Of a stretch of 64,000 bases of DNA, positions 1 to 10,033 are shown piece after piece (the first letter of the stretch is position 1; every line of letters starts with the position of its first letter). A program made the translations under genes and the position numbers. The DNA is from a virus. Under the pieces are notes generated by a model. The model had not been told where the DNA came from and searched no databases. It was given only the letters and a program-made list of their open reading frames with translations. The DNA lies in IMG/VR virus record IMGVR_UViG_3300020446_000004, positions 14,570-78,569 of that record. One strand, 5' to 3'.

Positions 1-8
1 CAAATATA

Positions 9-263
9 ATGGTATGTAATACATATGATCCAGGAGGATCTAGTCCAGAAGCAGAAACATCAAAATTTGATATGCATATTTTACCAAGTGGAGAAGCGTT
101 ATCTACTACATTGAATTGTGTAGTACGACAGTTAAGTTTACCTGCTGGTGAAACATTTACATTTGATTCTGAAAGGATTGTATTAGATGCAGGAGATAAA
201 TTATCATTTGTTGGTGATGTAAATGGAAATATATGTGCAGTTGTAAGTTTCTTGGAAGTATAA
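9..263 (+). CDS. Small beta-rich fibre connector-like protein, probably 5'-truncated by the window edge
   Basis: Frame is open upstream of ATG 9. C-terminal IVLDAGDKLSF...VVSFLEV resembles 9266..9595 (LILAPSNQMWV...IISYVEIV) and 24958..25278 (IVLDATKQIVC...VVYGIET). Confidence 0.6.
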   Translation: MVCNTYDPGGSSPEAETSKFDMHILPSGEALSTTLNCVVRQLSLPAGETFTFDSERIVLDAGDKLSFVGDVNGNICAVVSFLEV

Positions 264-264
264 A

Positions 265-798
265 ATGAGATTAATGAAAGCTCAAAATACTAACCTACGT
301 AATATCTACGGTAATGGTATAAAGTACGATGTTAATGGTCAAATCATTATGGACAGCACTAACACAATGCTTGTACCTAAAGGCACAGAAGCTCAGCGTC
401 CGACCAGTCCTGCTAATGGACATTTGAGATACAACACTGACGATGATCAGTTTGAAGCATATCAAAATGGAGCCTGGAGAGAACTTAGGTTTAAAGAGCC
501 TAATCAAGATCCTGGTATCACGCAACAAAACCTAGGTAATGGAGATGCAACTGAAACAGTGTTTGGACCTTTAGTAAGTGGTGATGCAGATTATCCTGTA
601 CCTGCGGCCGCACAAAATGTTCTTGTGTTTGTTGAAAATGTTTTCCAAATATCAACAACAAACTATACATTAGAACAAAGTACAAGTGGAAATTTAACAG
701 GACCCAATCAGCCTTATGCTGATGGATATTACATAAAATTTACATCAGCACCTGATGTAGGTAAACCTGTAACCGTATTACATAACTTCGACAAATAA
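265..798 (+). CDS. Tail-fibre-associated structural protein
   Basis: PKGTEAQRP...GHLRYNTD...FEAYQNGAW module, shared with the ORFs at 827, 5461 and 25289 and typical of phage fibre proteins. Confidence 0.65.
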   Translation: MRLMKAQNTNLRNIYGNGIKYDVNGQIIMDSTNTMLVPKGTEAQRPTSPANGHLRYNTDDDQFEAYQNGAWRELRFKEPNQDPGITQQNLGNGDATETVFGPLVSGDADYPVPAAAQNVLVFVENVFQISTTNYTLEQSTSGNLTGPNQPYADGYYIKFTSAPDVGKPVTVLHNFDK

Positions 799-802
799 CC
801 AA

Positions 803-808
803 TAAATA
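803..808 (+). promoter_or_regulatory. T4-type late promoter core TAAATA
   Basis: AATAAATACT in the short intergenic gap before ATG 827; the same core recurs before most structural genes. Confidence 0.65.
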
Positions 809-810
809 CT

Positions 811-825
811 ACTGCAAGGAGCAGT
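811..825 (+). promoter_or_regulatory. Hairpin with the Shine-Dalgarno in its loop
   Basis: ACTGC-AAGGA-GCAGT perfect 5-bp stem directly before ATG 827. Confidence 0.45.
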
Positions 826-826
826 T

Positions 827-3800
827 ATGGCAGTAGGTAGAATATCCGGACCATTATTACAAAATAATCTAGAAAGAAACGGAATTGATCTGACGTTTGC
901 AGATACAAATCCAAATTCTCCATTATTAAAATTAGACGTAACAAATAATAAAGTTATGGTGGCCGGCACCACTTCAACAGCGGATCTTCATGTACACGGT
1001 ACATTGAACGGAGTGATATTAGGCATAACATCGTCGTTCGATACTGGAGATTTAGATTTTTCTGGAAATACTATAACAGCTCTAACAGGACCAATTAATT
1101 TAGATGCTCCTGAAGCTATTGTCTTAAGTGGACTTGCTACAGATAACATACAAATTAATGATAACATTATTTCTTCTCCAAATTCAAATTCTAACATAGA
1201 TTTATTACCAAATGGAACAGGTTCTGTAGAGATTTTTAATGGTTTAGAAGTTTTTGGTAATTTACATTCCAATTCAAATATTACGGCTGACGGTAATATT
1301 ACAATAGGTAATGACAACAACGATAATATCGTTCTTAACGCTGACATTGCAACTGATTTAATTCCAGATCAAAATAACACATTCAACATCGGAGCTGACG
1401 GTAAAAAATGGAATAATCTTGAGATAGAAACTGTTGAAGCTGCAAATGTTTTTGCACAAGGTGTTACAGTTGGAACAACTAGTTTTCATATTCCCCAAGG
1501 CAATATTTTTTATGTTGCTAAAGGTGGAAATGATAGTAATGTTGGCGACAATATGTATGGACCTTTGCTAACAGTAAAACAAGCGTTGGCAAGAGCAGAT
1601 GCTAGTGTGCAAGGTCCTGTAACTATTTTTATATATCCAGGAGAATACGAAGAAATTTTTCCTTTAGAAGTACCTACTAATGTAACTGTAGCAGGCTTAG
1701 ATTTGCGAAACACAATAATAAAACCTACGTCAGCAACAAATACAAACAACTGTTTTTTAATGAATGGCGAAACAACAATTCAAAATTTGACTATAAAAGA
1801 TTTTTATAGTCCAGGGCATGCATTTAGTTTTGCTAACAACACAACCGTAACAACAAGATCACCATATATAAAAAATGTTACAGTAATCACAAAAGGAAGT
1901 GTAACAAGTGTAAGTGACCCAAGGGGATTTGATGCTGGAGATGCAGGTAAAGGAGCTTTAGTCGACGGAGCAAATGTTACAAGCACTAGTGAAGAAGCTA
2001 GTATGTTATTTCATAGTGTGACATTTATTACCCCAGGTGTAGATGCATTAACTATGACAAATGGTGTAAGAGTTGAATGGTTAAACTCTTTTACATATTT
2101 TGCAAACAGGGGGTTGTATGCAACAAATGGAAGTACAGGACATCTTTCTTCTGATGGAAGCACAACTATATTTGGAGCAGAGCTACGGTCAATAGGGTCA
2201 GCAAATGTATATGGAAATTTTGGAGCAGTTGGTGACGGATCGGGCGTGTTATTTTATTTGATACAACACAATATGGCTTACATAGGAGTAGGAAAAAATG
2301 TAACAAATGATTCTAGCCTAGTTATACAAAGCCAAGAAATAAGCAAATCAAATAGTGCAAATATATATTACCAAACTGTTGATCATAGGGGAAATTATCG
2401 TGTAGGCGATCAATTTTTAGTGAATCAAGACACTGGCGAAACAACTATAGTTATAACAGAAGGTCAAGTTGATTCTCTCAATGGTTTGAATATCACTACA
2501 AATAATAGCACTACTATTATAAATGGACAAGAAATTGTTGTAGGACAATTACTTTTAAAAGAAAACACAATTAGCAGTTCAGCAGGTAGAATAGATTTAA
2601 ACAGTGCATCAGGTCAAATTAACTTTTTAGATAACACAAATGTTACTGGAAACGTTAGTATGACTGGCAATTTTACAATAGGTGGTAGTGCAATCGGATT
2701 TGGTAATCAACCAGGAGATACAATAAATTTTAACACACCTTTTAGCCAAAATTTATTACCTGATATAAGCGGTTTATATAACTTAGGAAGTATAACAAAA
2801 ACTTGGAGCAAAGCATTTTTAAGCGAAATACAAGCTGATGATATTAATATAAAAGATAATTATATTACTACTACAGAATCAAATAGTGATTTAGAATTAC
2901 GTGCTAATGGTGCAGGTAGGATTCGTTTCGACGGAAGTACATTAGACATTGATGATCAATTAGAGGTAACAGGTGTAACTAATTTTCAGAACAATGTTTC
3001 TGGTACAGGGACTTTGACACATGTAGGAAATACTTTACAAATAGGTGATAGGTCTACAACAGCTAGTGTTACGGCAACGCAAAATTTAAGATCAGGCGGT
3101 GATCTAGTTTTAGTTGGGAATGTGTTAGATCCTGGATTTTTTTATGACAAAACTTACACGTTAACAGCAAACGGTATAACTTACACATATGGACCTACTG
3201 GCGGTCCGGGAACACCTACAGATTCTTATGAAGGTAATCATTATTCAGGAATTGCCGCTTTGAATGTACCAGGACTTGTATACGGAGTAGCACCTCCGCA
3301 GCCAGGTGGTGGTCCTGTCCCTGTGCAAATTATATATACTCCACAGGCACCAGGAGATCAATTAATATTAGCAAATACTAATGGTTGGGTACATGTGGGT
3401 TTAATGGCAGGAACTTATCCAGTCAATGCAGGAGGTAGTGCAGATTTCAAAGATATTCTTATAGATGAAAATTTTATAACTACCAAAGCTGGTAATCAAG
3501 ACTTAGATTTAAGAGCTCATAATACTTCTATTACAACAACATTAGGACCTTCATTTAGTGTAAATTCTCAAGAAGCAAACCCCAGGGGAATAACGTTTAA
3601 TAATTTTGGTACTAAGATGTTTATTGTAGGTACTTCAGGTGACGATGTAAATGAATACACTCTCTCAGTAGGATTTGATTTAACTTCTACAGTGACATTT
3701 ATTGATAGTTTTTCTGTAACACAATGTCCTAATCCAACATCAGTAAAGTTTAACACTAACGGAAGAAAAATGTTTGTTACTGGCGTAGGTAACAGCAATG

Positions 3801-5314
3801 TACATGAGTATGCATTGACATCTGGATTTGATGTATCAACTGCAAGTTTTACACAAACACTAGTTACAAACACAAGAGATAATGACAATTTTGGACTTGA
3901 TTTTAGCAGTGATGGTACTAAAATGTATATTACAGGAAATCAAAATGACAAAATATACGAATACAATTTATCTACTGCATTTGATATTTCAACTGCAACA
4001 TTTAACCAAGACCTAAATGTAAATTCAATAGATGATGAACCATTTGGAATAGAATTCAGCCCTGACGGGGACAGATTATTTATTGTTGGCACTAAAGGAA
4101 ACGGTGTTGACGAATATAGATTACAAACTGCATTTAATATTGCAACTGCTACCCATATAGGATTTGTACATACAGGCGGAAATCCTTCAGGAATACACAT
4201 TAGTCCAGACGGAACAAAAATGTTTATTGTAGGAAATTCAACTGATCAAGTTAAGGAATATTCATTGAGTGTTCCGTATAGTATCGCAACTGCTGGTACA
4301 GGGTTAGTACTTTTTGAAGACGATGTAAATATTACAAATAATTTGCAGGTAGCAAATATTACTGCAAATAATATTGTTACAAATCAAAATTTTTCATCAC
4401 AGGCTTATGCTACGAATGATATTTTAATTGAAAATAACTTTATAACTACTACAAATTCTAATTCAAATTTAGAATTGAGAGGTACAGGTACAGGACACGT
4501 TAACTTTGAAAACATAGGAGTTATAGATGAAACTATAACAACTAGACACGGAGATAGTTCATTACCTAATTTAGTTTTAACTACAGATGCAAACTTTATA
4601 ATATCTAGCACAGGATCGATACAATTACCTAAAGGCACTACTGCTGAAAGGACAGCAACAGCTGGTAGTTTAAGATTTAACAGCGAAGTGAATGCCTTTG
4701 AAGGCTACGCAACTGATAATCTTTTCTTGGGTGGTATTTTTTCCGCAGACGGACAAACAAGTGTTACAGCTGACGAAACTGCTAACAATATTTTACTTAC
4801 AGTGAATAGTGCAATAGGAGCAATAGATAGCTCAAAAATTGTAGGCGAAATAAATGGTGATGGAATTAATTTACATAGATTAGATGTAGATGACATATAC
4901 ATAGATAGTAGTACAATTAGGACTAGTGTTTCTAACAGCAATTTAGAATTAGAAAGAGATGGCTCTGGAAAAGCTGTATTTGGAGATATTAAAATAAGTT
5001 CAAATACCATATTAAATGACAGCAACGGTAAAGCATCATTTGCAGGCACTAGTGGAATATCAGGAACAGGCGGTCCAACAGGACTTGGTTCTTGGCATAA
5101 ATTTACAGGTGGTACAGGTATTGTAGTTCCTCATGGCACTAACAGCAATAGAGGAACTTTAGGACAAGTAGCTGAAATAAGATGGAATACAGAGGAATCA
5201 ATACTAGAAGTGTATGACGGAGCAGAATGGATTTCAGCGGCTGGAGACACTGCGGGTGTAGATGAAGCATTTATGACAAACTCAGCACAACTTTTTGCTC
5301 TATTATTAGGGTAA
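827..5314 (+). CDS. Large tail fibre/spike-like structural protein (paralog of 5461..9255) with inserted beta-propeller
   Basis: 1495 aa. N-terminus MAVGRISGPLL; YVAKGGND...PLLTVKQA beta-helix cap; repeated NxITTTxSNSDLELRxxGxG units; five GxxFxxDGxKMFIVG...V.EY.L blades at about 3570-4280. Confidence 0.75.
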   Translation: MAVGRISGPLLQNNLERNGIDLTFADTNPNSPLLKLDVTNNKVMVAGTTSTADLHVHGTLNGVILGITSSFDTGDLDFSGNTITALTGPINLDAPEAIVLSGLATDNIQINDNIISSPNSNSNIDLLPNGTGSVEIFNGLEVFGNLHSNSNITADGNITIGNDNNDNIVLNADIATDLIPDQNNTFNIGADGKKWNNLEIETVEAANVFAQGVTVGTTSFHIPQGNIFYVAKGGNDSNVGDNMYGPLLTVKQALARADASVQGPVTIFIYPGEYEEIFPLEVPTNVTVAGLDLRNTIIKPTSATNTNNCFLMNGETTIQNLTIKDFYSPGHAFSFANNTTVTTRSPYIKNVTVITKGSVTSVSDPRGFDAGDAGKGALVDGANVTSTSEEASMLFHSVTFITPGVDALTMTNGVRVEWLNSFTYFANRGLYATNGSTGHLSSDGSTTIFGAELRSIGSANVYGNFGAVGDGSGVLFYLIQHNMAYIGVGKNVTNDSSLVIQSQEISKSNSANIYYQTVDHRGNYRVGDQFLVNQDTGETTIVITEGQVDSLNGLNITTNNSTTIINGQEIVVGQLLLKENTISSSAGRIDLNSASGQINFLDNTNVTGNVSMTGNFTIGGSAIGFGNQPGDTINFNTPFSQNLLPDISGLYNLGSITKTWSKAFLSEIQADDINIKDNYITTTESNSDLELRANGAGRIRFDGSTLDIDDQLEVTGVTNFQNNVSGTGTLTHVGNTLQIGDRSTTASVTATQNLRSGGDLVLVGNVLDPGFFYDKTYTLTANGITYTYGPTGGPGTPTDSYEGNHYSGIAALNVPGLVYGVAPPQPGGGPVPVQIIYTPQAPGDQLILANTNGWVHVGLMAGTYPVNAGGSADFKDILIDENFITTKAGNQDLDLRAHNTSITTTLGPSFSVNSQEANPRGITFNNFGTKMFIVGTSGDDVNEYTLSVGFDLTSTVTFIDSFSVTQCPNPTSVKFNTNGRKMFVTGVGNSNVHEYALTSGFDVSTASFTQTLVTNTRDNDNFGLDFSSDGTKMYITGNQNDKIYEYNLSTAFDISTATFNQDLNVNSIDDEPFGIEFSPDGDRLFIVGTKGNGVDEYRLQTAFNIATATHIGFVHTGGNPSGIHISPDGTKMFIVGNSTDQVKEYSLSVPYSIATAGTGLVLFEDDVNITNNLQVANITANNIVTNQNFSSQAYATNDILIENNFITTTNSNSNLELRGTGTGHVNFENIGVIDETITTRHGDSSLPNLVLTTDANFIISSTGSIQLPKGTTAERTATAGSLRFNSEVNAFEGYATDNLFLGGIFSADGQTSVTADETANNILLTVNSAIGAIDSSKIVGEINGDGINLHRLDVDDIYIDSSTIRTSVSNSNLELERDGSGKAVFGDIKISSNTILNDSNGKASFAGTSGISGTGGPTGLGSWHKFTGGTGIVVPHGTNSNRGTLGQVAEIRWNTEESILEVYDGAEWISAAGDTAGVDEAFMTNSAQLFALLLG

Positions 5315-5338
5315 CTCCTAACATTTTAATAATAACGA

Positions 5339-5344
5339 TAAATA
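5339..5344 (+). promoter_or_regulatory. T4-type late promoter core TAAATA
   Basis: GATAAATACTATTAAT at 5337-5352; the same 16-mer precedes the tail tube gene (57965-57980). Confidence 0.75.
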
Positions 5345-5351
5345 CTATTAA

Positions 5352-5455
5352 TGCAGTAACAGCGACCATTGTTCTGCAGGTACAAACCGTGGTCAACCAG
5401 CGATAGAGGCATAAGTCTAGACAGGTTGGAGGCACAGGATGCCCATATTGAGGAG
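5352..5455 (+). ncRNA. Candidate structured cis-regulatory 5' leader RNA, pseudoknot-capable, family unknown
   Basis: GC-rich intergenic block. TGCAG.AACAG (5352-62) pairs with TTGTTCTGCA (5369-78); loop GACCA is complementary to TGGTC (5390-94); CAACC/GGTTG (5394-98/5424-28); GGCA-CAGGA-TGCC (5431-43); then SD GAGGAG. Confidence 0.55.
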
Positions 5456-5460
5456 AGAAG

Positions 5461-8400
5461 ATGGCTGTAGGTCGCATATCCGGTCCGCTCTTGAAGTCAA
5501 ATCTTTTGCGTAACGGCATAGATCTGGCATTTGAGACAGACCTGCTATATTTAGATGTTAATAACCAGCGTGTCGGTATTAAGAACGCAAATCCTCAATA
5601 TGAGTTAGACGTTAACGGAACAATTAGAGCAACAAATTTAATTGCTGATAACAGCATCCAAATCGATAGTATAGCTGTAAATGGTAATACAATAAGTGCA
5701 ACAACACCTACATTAAATTTAGGTACGTTAGATAATGTAGTATATCAAAATAAAGCAAGAATAGATTCTATTGACATTGAAGGCAATGTAATTAGTACTA
5801 ATGATTCTAATGCAAATTTAGAATTTAGACCAAACGGTACCGGTACTGTTGATGTTCATTCTAATATGAATGTTACAGGCAATATACATGCAACAGGTAA
5901 TATTACAGCAGACGGCGATATTGTTCTTGGTGATGCTGATACTGATAATATAGTAATCAATGCAGACTTTGCAAGTAATATTATACCAGATCAAAATAAT
6001 ACCTATAATTTAGGTAGTCCAACAAAACAATGGAATACTGCCTATGTAAATGATGTAAGAGCAACTACAATTAATACACCAAATCTAGATGTTGGCGGAG
6101 TAGATTTAACACTTAGAGCTGGCAATATAATTTATGTTGCAGAAAACGGAGATGATACACATACAGGAACACATCCTCAAGATCCGGTTGCATCTATAAC
6201 GCAAGGTTTAAGTTTAGCAACATCAGGAGATACAGTTATGGTATTTCCAGGTGCTTATACAGAAGTATTTCCTTTAACAATTCCAGTAGGTGTAACACTT
6301 AAAGGGCATGGTATTAGAACTGTTACCATACAACCTACAACAGCAACACGCTATAATGACGCTGTGCTATTAAACGGTGAAACTACAGTTGAAGATTTGA
6401 CACTAACAGGTTTTTATAGTGGCGGTAACTTTTTTACAACAATAAGTTCAGGGACAGGTACTTTTGTAGTTAATATAGGAACTACAGACCAAGCTCACAC
6501 TTACGTAAGTGGAGGCTCTGTTACTATTGGTGGAACAAGCTATAATGTGCTAGGAGCAACATATACTCATGGAACAGGAGAATTAACAGTTAATCATGGT
6601 GGAGGAGTAGATGCAGGCACAGGCGCAGATGTATTTGTGTCAGGATTACTTTTCAGTTGTAGCAGTGGAAACAAAACATATCCTAATAACGGTTATTCGT
6701 TTCGTTTTGCAACAGACTTTGAAGTAACAACTCGTTCTCCGTACATAAAAAATGTCACAGTAATTACACAAGGTAGCACAACAACAGTGGAAGATCCTAG
6801 AGGATTCAATGCCGGAGATGCTGGTAAAGGCCCTTATGTAGATGGTTCATATGCAACTACAAATTCCAAAGAAGCAAGTATGCTTTTCCATAGTGCAACA
6901 TTTATTACACCAGGCGTTGATGCTCTTACTGCGACAAATGGTGCTAGAATTGAATGGTTAAATTCATTTACGTATTTTGCAAATAGATCTTTGTATGCTT
7001 ATGACAGCAATGACGGAATCAAACGTAACGGTAAAACAAGAATTAGATTAGGCGGAGTATCGGGTACATTTGCCGCAGGAAATACTATTACATTTACCTC
7101 AACAGACAATTCTACAGTAGTAAATGTTACAGCAGAAAGTGTAGACGGCAATATTATTACTGTTGATGGAAGAAATATTAATCTTGTAGGATTTGATACA
7201 ACGCCGGCTAGTATATCTAATGGAGCAGGTGCAACAGCTACATCAATTGAAAATTTAGATTTACAAGACTTTGGCGCAGAAATAAGAATGATAGGTTCTG
7301 CAAGTGTTTATGGTAATCAAGGACTTGTTGGGGATGGTGCAGGAGTAATTGTATATGCTATTGGACAAAATTTAGCATACATAGGCAATGGTAAAGAAGT
7401 TACAAACGATCCAGGAACTGTAGACCAAGCAGACGAAGTTATAGAATTAAATGATGCAAAGGTAAGATATAATTCTGTAGATCACAAAGGTGATTTTAGA
7501 GTTGGTGATTTATTTAGAGTAAATCAGGCAGATGGCACTGTAAACTTTGTTGCAAGTGCATTAAATTTAGACTTGACATCTGGTGCCACTTTTACAACAA
7601 ACGGACAAAATACTTTTATCAACGGCGAAAGAATTGACACTGGAAACTTAAGACTTACAGGTAACACAATTTCAAGTACAGCAGGAGCAATTAATTTAGA
7701 TAGTGCAAGTGGTGTAATAAACTTACTAGACAATGTTGCCGTTACAGGAAATTTAGATGTATCAGGAGATGTTTCTATTGGAGGAAATGTAACACTAGGT
7801 GATGAAACTACTGACAGTATTGCTATTGTTGCAGGAATAAACAGTAATCTTATACCAGATGTTACTAGCACATTTAGTCTTGGTACAAATACAAACACTT
7901 GGGCAAAATTATTTGTATCTGAAATATTAGCTGACGATATAGAAATTAACACAAACTATATAACAACAACTACTTCTAATAGTGATTTAGAATTACGTGC
8001 TAATGGCACTGGTAAAATTGTTATCCCAAACAACAACGTTTTAATTAATAACACTCTTACAGTTGGTAGCACAAGCACTCTTGCTACAACAAATATCACA
8101 GGTCAATTTACTCATAATGGCAATTATTCACAAACAGGCAATTCAACAATCGTAGGTGATTTGACTGTAAGCCAAGATTTAGATATAGGCGGTGTTGCAC
8201 AATTTGAAGAAATCAAAATAGAAGATAATATTATTACAACTACTACTTCTAATAACAATTTAGAGTTACGTGCCCACGGTACAGGAAAAGTTATTATACC
8301 TAATAATAATGTGCAGGTTACTGGAAATTTAACAGTTGATGGAACATTCAATGTAAGTGATATTACTAGTACAGGAGATATTACTGCAAATAGTTTTAGC

Positions 8401-9255
8401 ACAGGTGATATCCGTATAGATGACAATTTTATAGAAACAACGAATTCTAACAGTGATTTAGAACTAAGAGCGGCTGGTACAGGAGCAATACTTGTTGAAG
8501 GATTTACATTCCAACAGAATGATATATCAACCACAGGAGACATGACACTTTCTCCTGGCAGTGAAAATGTAATTTTATCAAGCACAGGTGCTGTAAAACT
8601 TCCTACAGGCACAACTGCTCAAAGACCCACTGCTGTGTCAGGACAACTTAGATACAATAGTGAATTGAACAGATTTGAAGGATATAATGGTGCTAATTGG
8701 ATCAATATTAAAGGCGTGGAAGATCTTGATGCAAATACTAAAGTGACAGCTGAAAACACAGAAGGCGGTAACGACGATACAATTAGATTTATAGTCAATA
8801 ATGCTACTATAGTTGATGTAAATGCAACACGATTGAACGCCCCAAGAGTAACCGTAGATGATATACAGATTGACGGAAATGTGATAAGTACAATAACAAC
8901 CAACGCTGACTTACAGTTTACAGCAAATGGCACTGGTAGTGTTGTAATTGATAATTTTGCTTTCAAAGATAACACAATTACCAACACAGTAGCAGACGCT
9001 GTGACGTTGTTTGAAAAAACAGGTGCAGATGCATATTGGAAGTTTGATGGCACATATGGCTTAGTTATACCTTCAGGCGACGGAGCAACTAGACCAGTAA
9101 CGCCAGAATTAGGAATGATGAGATATAATACATTTGACGAAAGAGTTGAAATTTATGACGGAGTCAGTTTTGTTGGTGTGGCAGGTTCAAGTGCTGGTGT
9201 CAACGTGCAGGAAGCTGAAGATATAGGAATATTACAAGCTCTTATGTTTGGATAA
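5461..9255 (+). CDS. Large tail fibre/spike-like structural protein
   Basis: 1264 aa, colinear with 827..5314 (MAVGRISGPLL, TTRSPYIKNVTVIT, EASMLFHS.TFITPGVDALT, EWLNSFTYFANR); many NxITTTTSNxDLELRA.GTG repeats. Confidence 0.75.
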   Translation: MAVGRISGPLLKSNLLRNGIDLAFETDLLYLDVNNQRVGIKNANPQYELDVNGTIRATNLIADNSIQIDSIAVNGNTISATTPTLNLGTLDNVVYQNKARIDSIDIEGNVISTNDSNANLEFRPNGTGTVDVHSNMNVTGNIHATGNITADGDIVLGDADTDNIVINADFASNIIPDQNNTYNLGSPTKQWNTAYVNDVRATTINTPNLDVGGVDLTLRAGNIIYVAENGDDTHTGTHPQDPVASITQGLSLATSGDTVMVFPGAYTEVFPLTIPVGVTLKGHGIRTVTIQPTTATRYNDAVLLNGETTVEDLTLTGFYSGGNFFTTISSGTGTFVVNIGTTDQAHTYVSGGSVTIGGTSYNVLGATYTHGTGELTVNHGGGVDAGTGADVFVSGLLFSCSSGNKTYPNNGYSFRFATDFEVTTRSPYIKNVTVITQGSTTTVEDPRGFNAGDAGKGPYVDGSYATTNSKEASMLFHSATFITPGVDALTATNGARIEWLNSFTYFANRSLYAYDSNDGIKRNGKTRIRLGGVSGTFAAGNTITFTSTDNSTVVNVTAESVDGNIITVDGRNINLVGFDTTPASISNGAGATATSIENLDLQDFGAEIRMIGSASVYGNQGLVGDGAGVIVYAIGQNLAYIGNGKEVTNDPGTVDQADEVIELNDAKVRYNSVDHKGDFRVGDLFRVNQADGTVNFVASALNLDLTSGATFTTNGQNTFINGERIDTGNLRLTGNTISSTAGAINLDSASGVINLLDNVAVTGNLDVSGDVSIGGNVTLGDETTDSIAIVAGINSNLIPDVTSTFSLGTNTNTWAKLFVSEILADDIEINTNYITTTTSNSDLELRANGTGKIVIPNNNVLINNTLTVGSTSTLATTNITGQFTHNGNYSQTGNSTIVGDLTVSQDLDIGGVAQFEEIKIEDNIITTTTSNNNLELRAHGTGKVIIPNNNVQVTGNLTVDGTFNVSDITSTGDITANSFSTGDIRIDDNFIETTNSNSDLELRAAGTGAILVEGFTFQQNDISTTGDMTLSPGSENVILSSTGAVKLPTGTTAQRPTAVSGQLRYNSELNRFEGYNGANWINIKGVEDLDANTKVTAENTEGGNDDTIRFIVNNATIVDVNATRLNAPRVTVDDIQIDGNVISTITTNADLQFTANGTGSVVIDNFAFKDNTITNTVADAVTLFEKTGADAYWKFDGTYGLVIPSGDGATRPVTPELGMMRYNTFDERVEIYDGVSFVGVAGSSAGVNVQEAEDIGILQALMFG

Positions 9256-9265
9256 GGAAAATTAG

Positions 9266-9595
9266 ATGGCAACATTTTTTAGAAACACAGTAGTTAAAAA
9301 TGTAGGGAAAGTACCTGTAAAAGTATTAGAAACTACTGCCTCACAGAGAGCAACAGTGTTAGGTATAAGTTTTACAAACCTTACTGATAAATTTGTATAT
9401 TGTGATGTTGAAATACAAAGTGACGACAGTGTAAGGGGATTTTATTTGAAAGATTCAGTATTACCTTCAGGCACAAGTTTAAGAGCAGTATCAACTGGAG
9501 AAAAATTAATATTAGCACCTAGTAATCAAATGTGGGTGAGTTGTAGTTTAAATGACGCTGTAGATGTTATTATAAGCTACGTGGAGATTGTATAA
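9266..9595 (+). CDS. Small fibre connector-like protein
   Basis: 109 aa, beta-rich, same family as 9..263 and 24958..25278; follows a giant fibre gene. Confidence 0.6.
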   Translation: MATFFRNTVVKNVGKVPVKVLETTASQRATVLGISFTNLTDKFVYCDVEIQSDDSVRGFYLKDSVLPSGTSLRAVSTGEKLILAPSNQMWVSCSLNDAVDVIISYVEIV

Positions 9596-10032
9596 TGAGT
9601 TACTATATAGGAACAACGCCGCAAGAAGTATCTGCAGGATTTATAAAAAGATATTTTTACGGACTACGCAGAAACGAAGATGGTGAATTATTTTTAGTTG
9701 TTTTAGACCAACTAAGAGGCGGCAATCAAAATGTTGTAATTGTTAACGACTTAGGTATTGCGGCGGAAAACTACCCGGACTTTGAAGAAGGTATTGACTT
9801 TTTAGATGGAATCGATGTTGATCATGAACAACTTTATCCAAATTTAAGATATCAACAGTTTAAGTGGGAAAACAGAAGTTTATTATATTACATAGAAGAA
9901 GAAACAGGATTTTTTGTACAACGTATTTCAGAAGCGTATGAATATCCAGATAAAGTAAGTACACCTGGATACGGCGCAGGCGTAGACAACCAAGTATTAA
10001 CCAAATACAGTTCAGAAACGATAGGATACTAA
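9595..10032 (+). CDS. Hypothetical structural-region protein
   Basis: 145 aa, TAATG-coupled to the upstream gene, Tyr/acidic-rich, no recognised motif. Confidence 0.6.
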   Translation: MSYYIGTTPQEVSAGFIKRYFYGLRRNEDGELFLVVLDQLRGGNQNVVIVNDLGIAAENYPDFEEGIDFLDGIDVDHEQLYPNLRYQQFKWENRSLLYYIEEETGFFVQRISEAYEYPDKVSTPGYGAGVDNQVLTKYSSETIGY

Positions 10033-10033
10033 A

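Noticed and set aside
5315-5460. tRNA or a known riboswitch/ribozyme class
   Set aside because: No cloverleaf or T-loop, and no consensus I recognise; kept only as an unclassified structured leader.
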